Part shown: positions 16,145-28,435 of the stretch, piece by piece | Layout: each line of letters starts with the position of its first letter | Numbering within the stretch: the stretch's first letter is position 1 | NCBI RefSeq assembly: GCF_009914755.1 | Contig: NC_060944.1 | Reading direction: 5' to 3' (one strand) | Source: the human T2T-CHM13v2.0 reference genome, Homo sapiens | DNA length: 64,000 bases | Translations under genes and position numbers: made by a program | The notes under the pieces: model-generated | What the model saw: only the letters and a program-made list of their open reading frames with translations | The model's database searches: none | Told to the model about the DNA's origin: nothing

Positions 16145-18187
16145 ATGAGGTCAGCATTATGCATGCAAAATTATTTTGATTGCTGCATAATTAATGTTTA
16201 CGGAGGTAGGAAGGAGAACCAAGCCCCAGCCTGTTCACAAGGGCTATGCGTGTATATCTATGTGTACCTGTGTGTGCGTGCACATGCGCGCTTGTGTGTG
16301 TCTCCATCCCCCATAAACCCACCCCCACCTTCCCTGAACTTGACTTCATTAACATATGGAAGCCATTTCTTCTCTCCTGTCACTGTTATCTTTTGGCATG
16401 GAAGTTTAGTTTTATACGGCTATCAACAGGCAAAGATCCAAGCATAAAGAATAAATCAACAGAGCTGATCTGAGACGCAGCACTTTAATGCATAAGTGTA
16501 TATTTAATGTGTCTGCTGAAAGAATGTCTAATTACCCTGTCATTGAACAAAGCGCATGTTCAACTGTGATAAATTATGCCATCCTTTACTTCTACAAAAC
16601 ATATTGAGATTGAGAAAAGCTGCAGCAAAATCACCACATCATCCACCCAATAGGACAAGTTGGCATTGCCCAGACCACCACGGGAGCAGAGGAGAAACCA
16701 CCGGGTAAGGGTTCAGAAGCTGCATTTCAAACCTTGGCTACTGCGCTTGGCGAGAAGCAAGCCCTTTCTGCACGGCGAACCTCCTTCAGCTTGAGCTGTC
16801 CCCTGTATCGGTCTGTTATTGACACTAGATTCACGGCGTCTATATTCTGCCATTCTGAATCCCAGTTTGCCAGAAGGCTGGATGCCAATATCCAAAGAGA
16901 AGCCAGTCTGTATTTCAGGAAAAGGGAAGGGAAAGCCCAGGCGCCTAGCACCTCAGTGCTTGCTGCAGGAGCAAGGCTGCTGGCGTCTCCCTGAGGCTTA
17001 TTTATAGGCACGCCTCTTCCCACGAGAGGCTACGAGATTCAGACACCAGGTGCCACATCTCTAAGAATTCAACCCCCCAAAGGGATTATAGAAATGAGGA
17101 TGAATATATTATAGCAATATGCCCCTTTTGAGCTGCACCAAGGAGAGTAACGCAAGGAGGGGGTACAGTGGGGGAAATTGTGGGTGACAGGAAACCAACC
17201 AAAGTGCAACTACTGATGCGTTCAGCCCATCGTGGGTGGGAGGAGACCCAGGCGATAATATCTGAGAAGTGTTCTAGAAGCCAGGGACATGGCGGCCAAA
17301 CTGGGGTGATGTCAGGGAGGTGTCTCCTGCTAAGGTTCTGCAATATGGATTCATCTCAGTAAGTAGGTCACCACCAACTCACGCCCACCTTTGTCACCCC
17401 ACACCCTCCACCCGCTTTCCTTCCCTGGGTCTCAGTACAGACCTGTCAGCTCCCCAGCCACCAGCCTTGGCAGTCCCCAAGCCCTCCACAAGCAGGAGAG
17501 GCAGTTCCAGCTTCGAGCCCCAGAACCAGGTGCTTGTGTCATGCAGGAGCAGAGTAGAAACCACGCTGTGCTGTGTGATTTGTGCAGCGCTGGGGCCCAC
17601 GGACACAGAAGCGCTGGCTTTCTTTTTATGTCAGCAAGAGCCATAACAAACCAGGGAGAGAAAATATGATTTCATCTGCCCTGGTATCTATTCCTTTCCT
17701 GAGAGAATGCCCAGAGTAGCAGTCTGTTTCTTCAATGGCGATTATATTTCTTATTTCTTTGATTACCTCTTGTAATAGCGTTCTTTTATTTACCGACATA
17801 TAAGAGAAGGCTTTACCACGATGTCTCCATCACGGGTAAAATACACATCCCGTAACATCAGTCCCTTTATTTGCTTTCCTGAATTGTGATCTATAGACTA
17901 AAGGGCAAATGAAAAATAGAGATAAAAAATCTATTTCTGATACCATATTGGCTCTAAAATGTCAAAGTTTTCTTTATTGCTTTAGGAGATTTGTACCCTT
18001 ATTTATCTCTCTCGTTTTATTTTCAAAGGCTGCAGTCTCCGCACTGTTTGACTGGATGCTGTTTTCATGTACAATCAGGGCTCTCCCTTGCTGCTTGTTG
18101 GTATTTTATCAAGACCTCCTAAGGCAGCAGAGAAAGAAAAGCCAGAAACCCAGCTGCACAGAGACTGCAGGTCAGTCACTGATATGC

Positions 18188-18227
18188 CACGTGGGTGGCC
18201 GGTGACACGTGCACGTGGCCACAGCTG
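18188..18227. promoter_or_regulatory. E-box cluster (3x CACGTG + CAGCTG)
   Basis: CACGTG at 18188, 18206 and 18212; CAGCTG at 18222. Confidence 0.45.
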
Positions 18228-18903
18228 ATCTCAGTAATAAGCAGTGATAGGCACTCCATGTCTCAGAATACTAAGAAATTGATAGACACACTAAATACCG
18301 TGTTTCTAAAGGACCATTTAGGGTCTCAAGTGATCCGACCAGAATTGAGTAGCCCAAGCTGTGTGCCAGGGTCGTTCTGAAGTTAAAAGCTCTAAGTTAG
18401 TCAAAATTCTTCCGCTCCTGGAAACAAAATGTACCTTCAGAATGAGGCCGTATGGAAGGAGGTCATTTCCTCTGTTCCGGTCAAACTGACTAAATGGAGA
18501 ACATAATGAAATTGTACTTGAAACAAAGGCAAGGATTATAGCAGAGAGGCTCCTTCTCCCTTTTTAACACTTGTCTCCAAAACTCACCAAGAACCTGGGC
18601 TGCAAAAAGGAAGAGAAGAGAATGCCCAGAAATGCTTCCCTTCCTCGAGCCTGCTCCACGTTTCCCGTCCTTCCAAGATGGGTGGATTGAAGTTCTAAAA
18701 AATGATGAACTAATGATTCTGGAAAAAAAAAAATCTGTGTACTTCCCTGAGACAGAGACTGGCTTTGTCCTAGAAACGTTCTTTTCCATCCTAGAAATGG
18801 AAAGAACAAACAGAAAGGAAAGAAGCTCACGATGTGAGGAGTACTGGAGGGTTTTCCATCCTGGCCCAGGCAGTGAAGCCATGCTAGTCCACGCGGTAGA
18901 GTC

Positions 18904-19090
18904 ACAGCACTCTGCCAGAGGAGGTCTTGCCCCTCCATGCAGGGGATACCTGGAAACACCTGGAACCACATCTGGTTGTCACAGCTGGAGAAGAGTGGGT
19001 GGAGGCCTAGGACGCTGCCGTACACCTTACAGTGCACAGGATGACCCCCAAAACAGAGAATTTTCTGGTCCACAATGACAGTAGCCAATC
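18904..19090 (+). mobile_element. MER20 (hAT-Charlie) DNA transposon fossil
   Basis: tggttgtcacagctgg..gtgggtggaggcc..acagtgcacagga..cccccaaaacagagaatt MER20 motifs. Confidence 0.8.
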
Positions 19091-19557
19091 AGGCTACTGT
19101 GGAGATGTGGAGAAATGTGGAGATGCTGAGAAATGAGAAATGCTCCTCTAGAGAGACTGTCACACATTTCAGCACTGGGCAGCTTTTAATTATTTCTTAT
19201 ACCTTAGTTTTGTTTTCTTAACCAAAGAGTCTACCGCATCTCTCAGAATTATATTTCATCTCCTGAGCCCCTGGCAGGAGGATGAGCCTTCATTATGTCA
19301 CCCACAAAGATGAGACTTGCTGGTAAAGGTGTGTCAGAAGCCCAGAGACCTCTCAGTGCCCAGTAAAGTGAAGACTTTGGGGAGCAGAGAAATTTAGAAC
19401 AGTCATGACAAGTACCACCGTCCATTTAAAGATGTTTTTCTTCAAGTGTCTTCTTCCAAATTGCCACCAGCCCATTCATTTAGGTGGCAATTGCATTGCT
19501 GCTGGAATGCTAGGGGAAGGAGGAGAGGCCACGACGAAGCTAAAAAAGCGAAACCGC

Positions 19558-19752
19558 CACAGCCTGGGGTTCGGATCTCGCCTCCGCCGCAGCTCGTGTG
19601 TCACTGTGGCCAGTCTCTTTACCTCTCAGGCCCTTAGATTCCACCTTTGAAAAATGTGGTTGATGATAATAAAAACTACCCCTCAGAACTGGGATTAAGG
19701 ACTCAAAGAATTTGAAACGTGTTTAAACATGCCCGCCACATTTTAGGCGCTG
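19558..19752 (+). mobile_element. MIR
   Basis: gcctggggttcggatctcgcctcc..ggccagtctctttacctctc..aaaatg..ataataa layout. Confidence 0.6.
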
Positions 19753-20004
19753 GGGTCAGAGGTTCTGGATTCTCCTTGGTGCATCTGTTTCTGCCCCTTA
19801 CTTTAGAGCCATGACATCAGACTAGTGTTTCCAAGTTTTTTAAACATTTTTTTTCTGGCTTTTCCTGATGTTCATTTTGAGGAATGCCCAGGAAGGAGGC
19901 TGTGGTCATGTCTGGCTGGTGGTGCTCCATTGAAAAGACCTGTGGCTCTGACAGCCTTTTGCTGTGTAGGCAGTTGGTGAGTCTGTGACCCATAGTTAAA
20001 ATAG

Positions 20005-20310
<306 letters not shown>

Positions 20311-22824
20311 AGAGTCCTATTTTTTTTTTTTTAATCTTTACTCTTGTGTAAAGTGCTTCAGCTCTGGTTGGCTTATCCAGCCAACTTCATGAGAACTGGC
20401 TGATGGAGCAACTGCCACCTCCAAGGAAGATTCCAGAGTCATCCTCACATCAGATCCATCCAGGTGTAGGGGGTGCCAGTCCAACCATGGGGAAATCCTA
20501 GTGTGTCTGGGCATAGTATTATAACCAAATTCAGGACACAGAGGAAACCAGGGATGATTGGGATTGAACTGTGGGAGGGTGCCTGACATGTTATCACAAT
20601 CTGCACCACCTTAGCAATCATTTGCCTAACAAAGCCATTCAGCCAAGAAATCTCAGCCCTCCTGTCTGTAGTCAGGTGCACCAGAACCATCCTTCCACTC
20701 ACCTCTCGGCCAGTGAAAGAGAATAAAATCCCGGCATTCCCCAAGAGAAGGAAGTCACACAGATTAAAGTTCCTAGCAACTGGTCTATTGATAGAACAAC
20801 AGGACAGAATTTTTAGCCTAAAATAATCATGATCAACCGTCCTTGGCATTTTTCACTCATTGAGTAATACTCATTGGAATGCATTTATATTTTCTGTGTA
20901 ATAAATCAAAAGCAAAACACCATTGTTTCTAATTTATCTTGTAGACTGCTCTAGTGATATCTTGCCACTGCTAATATTTCCAATATTTCTTTAAAATCAT
21001 AAGATAAATGGGTCCTGAATCTTCAACGTGGTGGTGATCTTCATAACCTAAAACTTTATTTCGGGGTGGGGGGGTTCTTTCTTTTCTTTTCAGTTTCTAA
21101 GGAAAGTAATATACAAATTATGTGGAGCAAGCACTAACTGTCAACACTAAAATATTGACTTTGCTCAAACCCTTACAAAGAGAAAACATTAACAATTGTG
21201 ATCATAAGTAGACCTGGTGTACCAAGCATATGAATTATGAATCAAAAGACAGAAAGGTGCTTTTTTTCTGCAAAGACATAGAACAGGATATTAGAAGCCC
21301 AAGGGAAAATAAATGTGTGTGCTCTTGGTGCTCCTTACGTCCACCATGCTGCTTACTCAGCACAAGCACCTGCTGCCCATTTGTTCCTTCTCCAGGGTGC
21401 TGCCCACAGAACACAGTAAACGCTGACCAATTGGTTGATTGAAAACCACTTTAATTGTAGGAAATTATCATTAATTTGAACTCTGCTAATTCAGAATTTG
21501 TGCTCATGCAGGCTTTGGTTTAAAAAAAATCTTCATGAAAAACTTTTGCTTTAGTAGACACACCTAGGTGCAAATCCAATTCCTGTACAAACACAGGGAT
21601 TACATTTGTTGTATTACACCATGTGTAGGAGCACATGCAGCTTCCAAGCAGGTTCCAGACATGCGTTTCCCTATAAATTCTTATGATATGCTAATTATAA
21701 ACCATTTTGCCTGTGTTTAATTTTTATTATGAAATAATATGTCCTCATAATGAAAAAACTAGAGTATGTAAAATAGAAAGTGGAATCTTCTTTGATTGCA
21801 CCTCCTGGGTGAAGGTGGCTCTCTACTTACCCCAAATGTTTTTAAAATCTAATCCCAAAGGGCATTTCCCTGTCAGCTGAATTCAAGTTGAAGTCAAGAT
21901 GGAAGTAATGAGGCAGTTTTAAAATAAGTAATCATTAGTTCAGAACCTTCAATAAAATGGAGGCAAGTCATCCATCTAAACGTGCTCCTTAAGGAATCCT
22001 CCCTCCCCTTGGTGATGTCACAGGAGTCCCGAGGCCTTGTGAAAGGACAAGGTTTGGAAGTAAGATTTTGTGTTTCTTCCACCCTCTGAGAGTGCATGTG
22101 TGTTCTTGCCTGGAAGGCCGTGTCAGAACCAAACAGAGAGGCTGCCTGGAGAGCACCTGTCAGCCTGATGCCATGACAGCATCAGTCCATTGAGGACCCC
22201 TGGAGGGGATGACGAAGAGGTGGCCAGAGGAAAGACAAGAACATGTGGGGAAGAGAGGGAGCTACAGGTGCTGAGGGGCTCTGTCCTCACAGCCACACTG
22301 GACTTGGCCCCGTGGCGCTCTGTAGCAGGCTGCAGCCCAGAGGGTGGCTCCCAGTGCCAGCAAAGATCCACACGCCCAGGCTTAGGGTGGGTGCTGCAGA
22401 GTCCCCCTTCCAGGAGCCATGCCCAACTCGACAAGGGCACATTTACAGGGACCAATAAAGACGAAACCCCGAGGCAGCTCCCCAGGCTTCTGTCCCTGCA
22501 CACCTCCTCTGACACCCTAGCAGCAACCACCTGGGGGTGAAGCCTTCGCAATGACTGCGTTGAATTCTCATCACGGGAGCTTGCGTCAGCCAGGGTCCTC
22601 CACAGAAGCAGAACCAACAGGATGTATGTGTAGAGAGATTTATTGTAGGGAATTGGCTCATGCAATGATGGAGGCTGACAAGTCCTGAGATCTGCAGGGG
22701 GAGCTGGTAAGCTGGGGTCCCAGGAAAGCCGATGATGCAGTTCTAGTCAGAAGTCTCAAGACCAGGCAAGAGCCAACGTTGCAGTACAAGTCCGCAGTGT
22801 TCCTCCCATCTGGGACGCCGGGAG

Positions 22825-23319
22825 TGTTACCTGCACGATGGGTGGGTTCCATTGCTTGTCAGGTGATAGTCCAGTAGCCACAAGCAACGAAGATTTAACA
22901 AAGGGATTTTATTACTTGCAGCAAGTAAAGAGGACACCAGGGATAGTCCCTACCCTAAAGCAGTGCCTTCCCGAACAAAGCTGATAACAGGGCTTTTATT
23001 AGTCTGGTGAGCTGAGACGTTGCATGCAGAGGTGGGGTAAAAGCGGTGCAGGCGTGGCTGCTGATCATGCTTCTATGTACATTGCATGTATAGAAAACGG
23101 CAAATAAGCTCCTCCCTGGGCCGGGTGTTTAGCGTGGTAATGAGGAGAGTTCTCCAAAGCTCATCTCCAACTCAGGCATCTCTGGACCGACCAGATTTTG
23201 TTTTTCCAGGGCTGAGCTTCTTCCTGGAACTTTCTGAAACAACAAAAACTGAGGTACAACAGTTACAAACAGGTGTTTTTGTGCCATGCATGTCCCAAAC
23301 CCAGGGATCCTGCGTTACA
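22825..23319 (-). mobile_element. LTR47-like solo LTR nested in MLT2
   Basis: TGTTAC...GTTACA termini; ttttattacttgcagcaagtaa, aagctcctccctgggc, ctccaactcaggcatctctgg match recalled LTR47; TSD not evident. Confidence 0.65.
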
Positions 23320-23507
23320 CAATGGCAGGAAAAATGCAGCTGCCCCTGACCAAAGAGCATCGGACAGGAGGCATTCTCCCTTACTTGGGGGAAGGTCAGC
23401 CTTTGTGTTCTATGCAGTCCTTCAACGGATTGGACAAGGCCCCCCATACTGAGGTGGGGTAGGGGACAATTGGCTTTACTCAGCCTGCCAATTTAAATGT
23501 TACTCTC

Positions 23508-23801
<294 letters not shown>

Positions 23802-25259
23802 TTAATCTTATCCCAAAACACCCTCACAGACGCACCTAGAACAATGATGGACCAAATATCTAGGCTTTCCATGGTCCAATCAAGTTGACACCTGAAATTA
23901 ACCATCACAGGCTCATTAATGATTGCATGTATCTCAAAGAAAAGGATGTGTTGTATCATAGCTGCCCTGATTTGCAGATTAATATTCACCCTTTAACAGA
24001 AGCAAACAGGTGTTGCAGGAATGATGGCCAGGTTGCTTACTGCCACTGAGTGTGGAAGTGCCATCATTGTATCCTCCTGTGCCCCTCTGTCTCTTCCTTC
24101 CTTGAGTCTGTCCTTTGTGAAATCCATTGGCTGGATCTGTCTTCACTGTATGCTAAGAAAACAGTAACAAAAATAGCCTGCTTCTTCTCGAATCACCAAG
24201 CCAAGGATGCTATGAGACTGTTTAGCCCACAGCTAGATAAAACACTGACAGTAAATCACTTGCTCTTTCTAAGGGTTATAAACGTAACAAAGAGCTGCTG
24301 TGGAATGAGTTGGAGCTGCCCGCCCGAGTTCCAGGTCATTGCCCATCGATGACCACAACCAGCAGCAGCTTTGAGCTGGCCCGGTGAATGGCCGGAGGCT
24401 TCGCTTTTATTTTCAGCTGCTTTCTGCTGGCCCAGGAGCAGACTCAAGAGGGAGAAGCTGGAGGAGTCATTTGCCTTCTTGTTCATCCTCCCATTAATTA
24501 AATTATTCACTGAGTGCAAGGACTCTTCACTAAAGTCCTGGACATGCCTGGCACTGGGCTAGATGAGCAAAAGCAGCAAACGCCCCTTTGGTGCTGAGTG
24601 AGGGTCGGGGGTGCTGGAGCTCTGTCCTGTCCTGAACAGCAAGTGCCTTGCGACTCTCCCCTACACACGCCAAGTGCTTGTGATGCTCCAAACGTATCCA
24701 TCTGTGAATGAAAATATCCACATTAATGAATGGATTTCTGCTAACAGCCAGCTCAACTCATTTGCAAAACTGTTGGGGATAAAGTTTTCAGCAGGATGCA
24801 GTAAAAGGGAATTGGACCATAACTAAATAGATGTTCCTAAATACTTCTTTCCAGATCACTGCATCATTGACTCAAGCCCGGGGCCCAGGGTCCTGCGCCA
24901 GTCCATGCCGGGTCTTAGACATGCTTCACCCAGCATGAGGCTATGGGGCTCATTGGGGATGCGCATTTTCCCGGTTGGCCAAAAGCTTAGGCCAAGGATG
25001 AGCGCTTTGAAAACTCTGGCCCTTCCTCAGATGCATTAAAGAGGAGTGGCTTGGCTCACAAGTCACTTGTCTTCAGGGAACACCTGAGGCTAAGTGGAGT
25101 CCTTGCTTCGGCATGGAATGCTCTTGGTGCAAGCACAAGACCTCTGTCTACTGAGAGGGCAGGAATGACGGCGACTTTGTGGACAGGTTCCTCTGTCATT
25201 AAAACGAAGAAGTGACCCAGCTGCCTCTGCCCATCCAGGCCCTGCTCATAAGACAGGCA

Positions 25260-25830
25260 AGGGTGACACAGGTGGGCCTGAGACAGGCAAGCTGGCTGGT
25301 TTCCTGTTTCCACATGGTCTGGAGAAAAAAAAAAAAGAACAAAGGCCCCTTCCTCTAGCTGTAACTCCAGCCAATCAGCGTCAAAGGCCCAAGAAGCTTT
25401 TAACCACATGTTTCTGCTTTAGGGGATCAGTAACTTTCCCAAGGCCCTGCATGCACAGCTAGGCTTAACTTCCAACTCATAGTTACCTTTTCCTTATGTT
25501 AATGCTAAAACTCATGTCCGGAGGTGGAGATTTCAGATGCTAATGAGACATATGTTGTATGAAGGGCATGGTGGACTACTATGCATGGGCCAGGAAAACC
25601 CCACCGCTACATTGTTCCCCTTACTTCCCTTTACTGCAGAGCCTCATAAAAGAAACCCACACCCTGACTTCAGGACCCTCCTCGGGCACCCACACATGTT
25701 CACACCCACACATGATCATGCACCATCACAACTGCTCACACTCATGCACACTCAGGCACTGGCACACTGACACACTTCTTATCTTCCAGCTTGACTGCAG
25801 ACGTGGTCTAATAAAGGGCTCATTCCCCTG
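25260..25830 (+). mobile_element. ERV1-class solo LTR (LTR26/MER41-like), boundaries approximate
   Basis: agccaatcag CCAAT box, ggtggagatttcagatgctaatgagacat motif, TATA-like cataaaa ~25645, AATAAA ~25810. Confidence 0.55.
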
Positions 25831-26804
25831 GCAGCTGTGATGGGATCCAAGCCATGGGGCTTTTTCTAGAAAGATGGGACAGAGAAGGTCGCTTTCCAAT
25901 GAGCTGCCACCTTGGAGGTCTCTGCCTGTGCCTGGAGGTCGTGGAGAGGGAGAGTGAGAAGGCAATCTGGGCACTGTTGAGCACCGCATGTTTTCAGCTC
26001 CGTTCACCAGTAGATCCTCATTTCTGCTTACACCTGCCAGGGATAAGTTCCATCGGTGCATTCAGTTGAGTCCCTGTGGGTTCAAGTGGACACCCCAGAC
26101 ACCCATGGGGCTCTCTGGAAAGTATCAGAGGGGAACTAAAGACAAAGTGAGTCTCAGCACGGCTCCTCTGAGGACCACCTCTCCTGCTGCCAGGGACCCT
26201 AACCATCCCATGTTCCACTCTTTTGCCAGCACCTTTGCTGCTGGGCACTTAGGCAGGCTTCCCAACCAGAGGGTTATGTGCACTGCTATGGCTGCAGACA
26301 GTCGTATGTGGTTGCAAATAATCTGTGGCAAATTAAGCACTGCAGCTGGTAAATAATATATTTTAAGCATATTGCAATAGATGCAAAGGCACTATTCTTG
26401 CATTCTGGTTTTCTTTCCTGAGTGGAGGGGTTTAGAAGCACCCAGGGATACATCACCTGCGTGAGCGTCGCCTGATGTGGGCATCCAGTCCTAGAGGTTC
26501 TGAACATGCTGTACCATCACATTGATGTGTTTTGGACACCCCAGATGCTTGCACCTGGCTCCCTCTCCCAATGTCCCTAGGCTCCCAGCTCCCAGCCTCC
26601 TCGAGCCTGATGGTACGTGGGGAAGGAATACCTACACAGGCCCTGTATGTCTGACCTGCTTGCTGCCACTGCCCACCTTCCTGCCCTACAGTGCAGGGTC
26701 TCTCCCATCCCTGGGCTCTCTCCTTTCCTGGGAGGTTGGGCACTCACTATCCCTCTGCCTAGGCTCTGTCCCAGATCTCTTTTTAATTTTTTTTATTTTT
26801 TTTA

Positions 26805-27165
26805 ATTCAAACAACAGATGTGTAATGGCTCACAATCTAGAAGCCAGAAACGTGAATCAAGATGTTGGCAGGACCACAATCCCCCACAGGCTCTGGGGGA
26901 GGCTCCATTCCTTCCTCTTCTTCCTATCCCATTGCTGGAGGCTTCCAGCCATGACACCCATCTCTGCTTCCTCCTCTTCTGTCTGGCTTACCTCTCTGCC
27001 TCCCTCTTAGTAAGACCCTTGTCACAGGATTTAGGCCCCACCAGGATAATCCAGGAGGGTCTCTGCATCTGAAGATCCTTAACTTAATCACACCTGCAAA
27101 GACTCTTCTTCTAAATATGGTCATGTTCACAAGGTCCAGGGATTTGGATGTGGACACACCATTCA
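26805..27165 (-). mobile_element. MLT1B/C-like LTR
   Basis: ggataatccagga..agatccttaacttaatcacacctgcaaagac..aaatatggtcatgttcacaagg. Confidence 0.75.
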
Positions 27166-27319
27166 GGAAAGTGACTGCAGTGAGGGCCTCTTGTTCTCTC
27201 CCCAACTTCACAGTTCGTTCTGGCTTTGTTTTAAATATTCCAAGATAACAATGAATGTTTTTTTCCCCACAAAAGATGTTCACATATATATATATATGGG
27301 GTGGGTGGTGGGAGTGTGT

Positions 27320-27420
27320 ATAGTGGTTAAATACATATAACATAAAATTCACTATTTTGACCATTGTTAAATGTACACATCTGTGGCATTAAGTGCATTC
27401 ACACTGTGTACAACCATCTT
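27320..27420 (-). mobile_element. L1MB-type 3' end fragment
   Basis: taaatacatataacataaaattcactattttgaccatt..gtggcattaagtgcattcacactgtgtacaaccatc. Confidence 0.75.
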
Positions 27421-28029
27421 GACCATCCATCAACCATCAACACCATCCATCAACCATCTCCACAATCCATCAACCATCTCCACTATCCATCAACCATCTC
27501 CACCATCTACCAACCATCTCTATCATCCATCAGCCATCTCCACCATCCATCAACCATCTCCACCATCCATCAACCATCTCTACCATCCATCAACCATCTC
27601 CACCATCCATCAACCATCACCATCCATCAACCATCACCACCATCCATCAACCATTCCCATCATCCATTCAACCATCTCCACCATCTATCTGTCATCTCTA
27701 TCATCCATCAACCATCTCCACCATCCATCAATCATCTCCACCATCCACCAACCATTTCTACCATCCAAGAACCATCACCATCATCCATCAACCATCACTA
27801 TCATCTACCAACTGCCTCCACCATTAATCAACTGTCTCCATCATCCATCAATCATCTCCACCATCCATCTACCATCACCATCCATCAACCATCACCACCA
27901 TTTATCGACCATCGCCGCCATCCATCAATCATTTCCACCATTCATTAACCATCTCTACTATCCATCAGCCATCACCACCATCCATCAACTGTCTCCACAC
28001 CCAACAACCATATCCACAATCCATCTCCA
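27410..28029. repeat. 20-bp minisatellite (CAACCATCTCCACCATCCAT)n, ~31 degenerate copies
   Basis: Visible 20-bp periodicity with 17-bp variants. Confidence 0.95.
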
Positions 28030-28049
28030 AGATCACCTCAGATCTTTAA

Positions 28050-28435
28050 CTTGCCAAATACTCGTCAGCATTAAGTCTCAGCTGAAACGATGTTCAAGAT
28101 CCTCCGTCCCTCCTGGACTCTCCTTCCTTTATCACATGTTACTGCCTCAAAACCCAACTCTCTAAGAGCATCTTGTTCATTTGTGTGTTTATATTGTGCC
28201 TACTACCTGCACACTCCCTGGGGGCTGGGATTACTTTCTCCTAGCTTATGACGGTCTCTTCAGTGCCTAGAACTGTCTGGCCTGCACTCGGTACCCAAAA
28301 AATGCATGACATGTGAATAAACATGTGTATAGGGTTGTGAGTATCAAGTGATTCAACTCTTGTAATGATTTTAGCTAAGCTCTGGACACCCTGCAAGAAC
28401 TCAAGAAAGTGTCTGTATTGCTATTAAGCACTTAG
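28050..28435 (+). mobile_element. L2 3' fragment followed by MIR fragment
   Basis: cagtgcctagaactgtctggc..tgaataaa; then agggttgtgagtatcaagtga. Confidence 0.55.

Noticed and set aside
18490-19088. Overlapping 148-174 aa ORFs
   Set aside because: They run through MER20, with no recognisable domain
22123-22665. 180-aa minus-strand ORF
   Set aside because: Starts inside the MLT2 LTR; no recognisable protein similarity
27364-28165. His/Pro/Ser-rich ORFs of 194 and 264 aa
   Set aside because: Translations of the 20-bp minisatellite with no splice or promoter support
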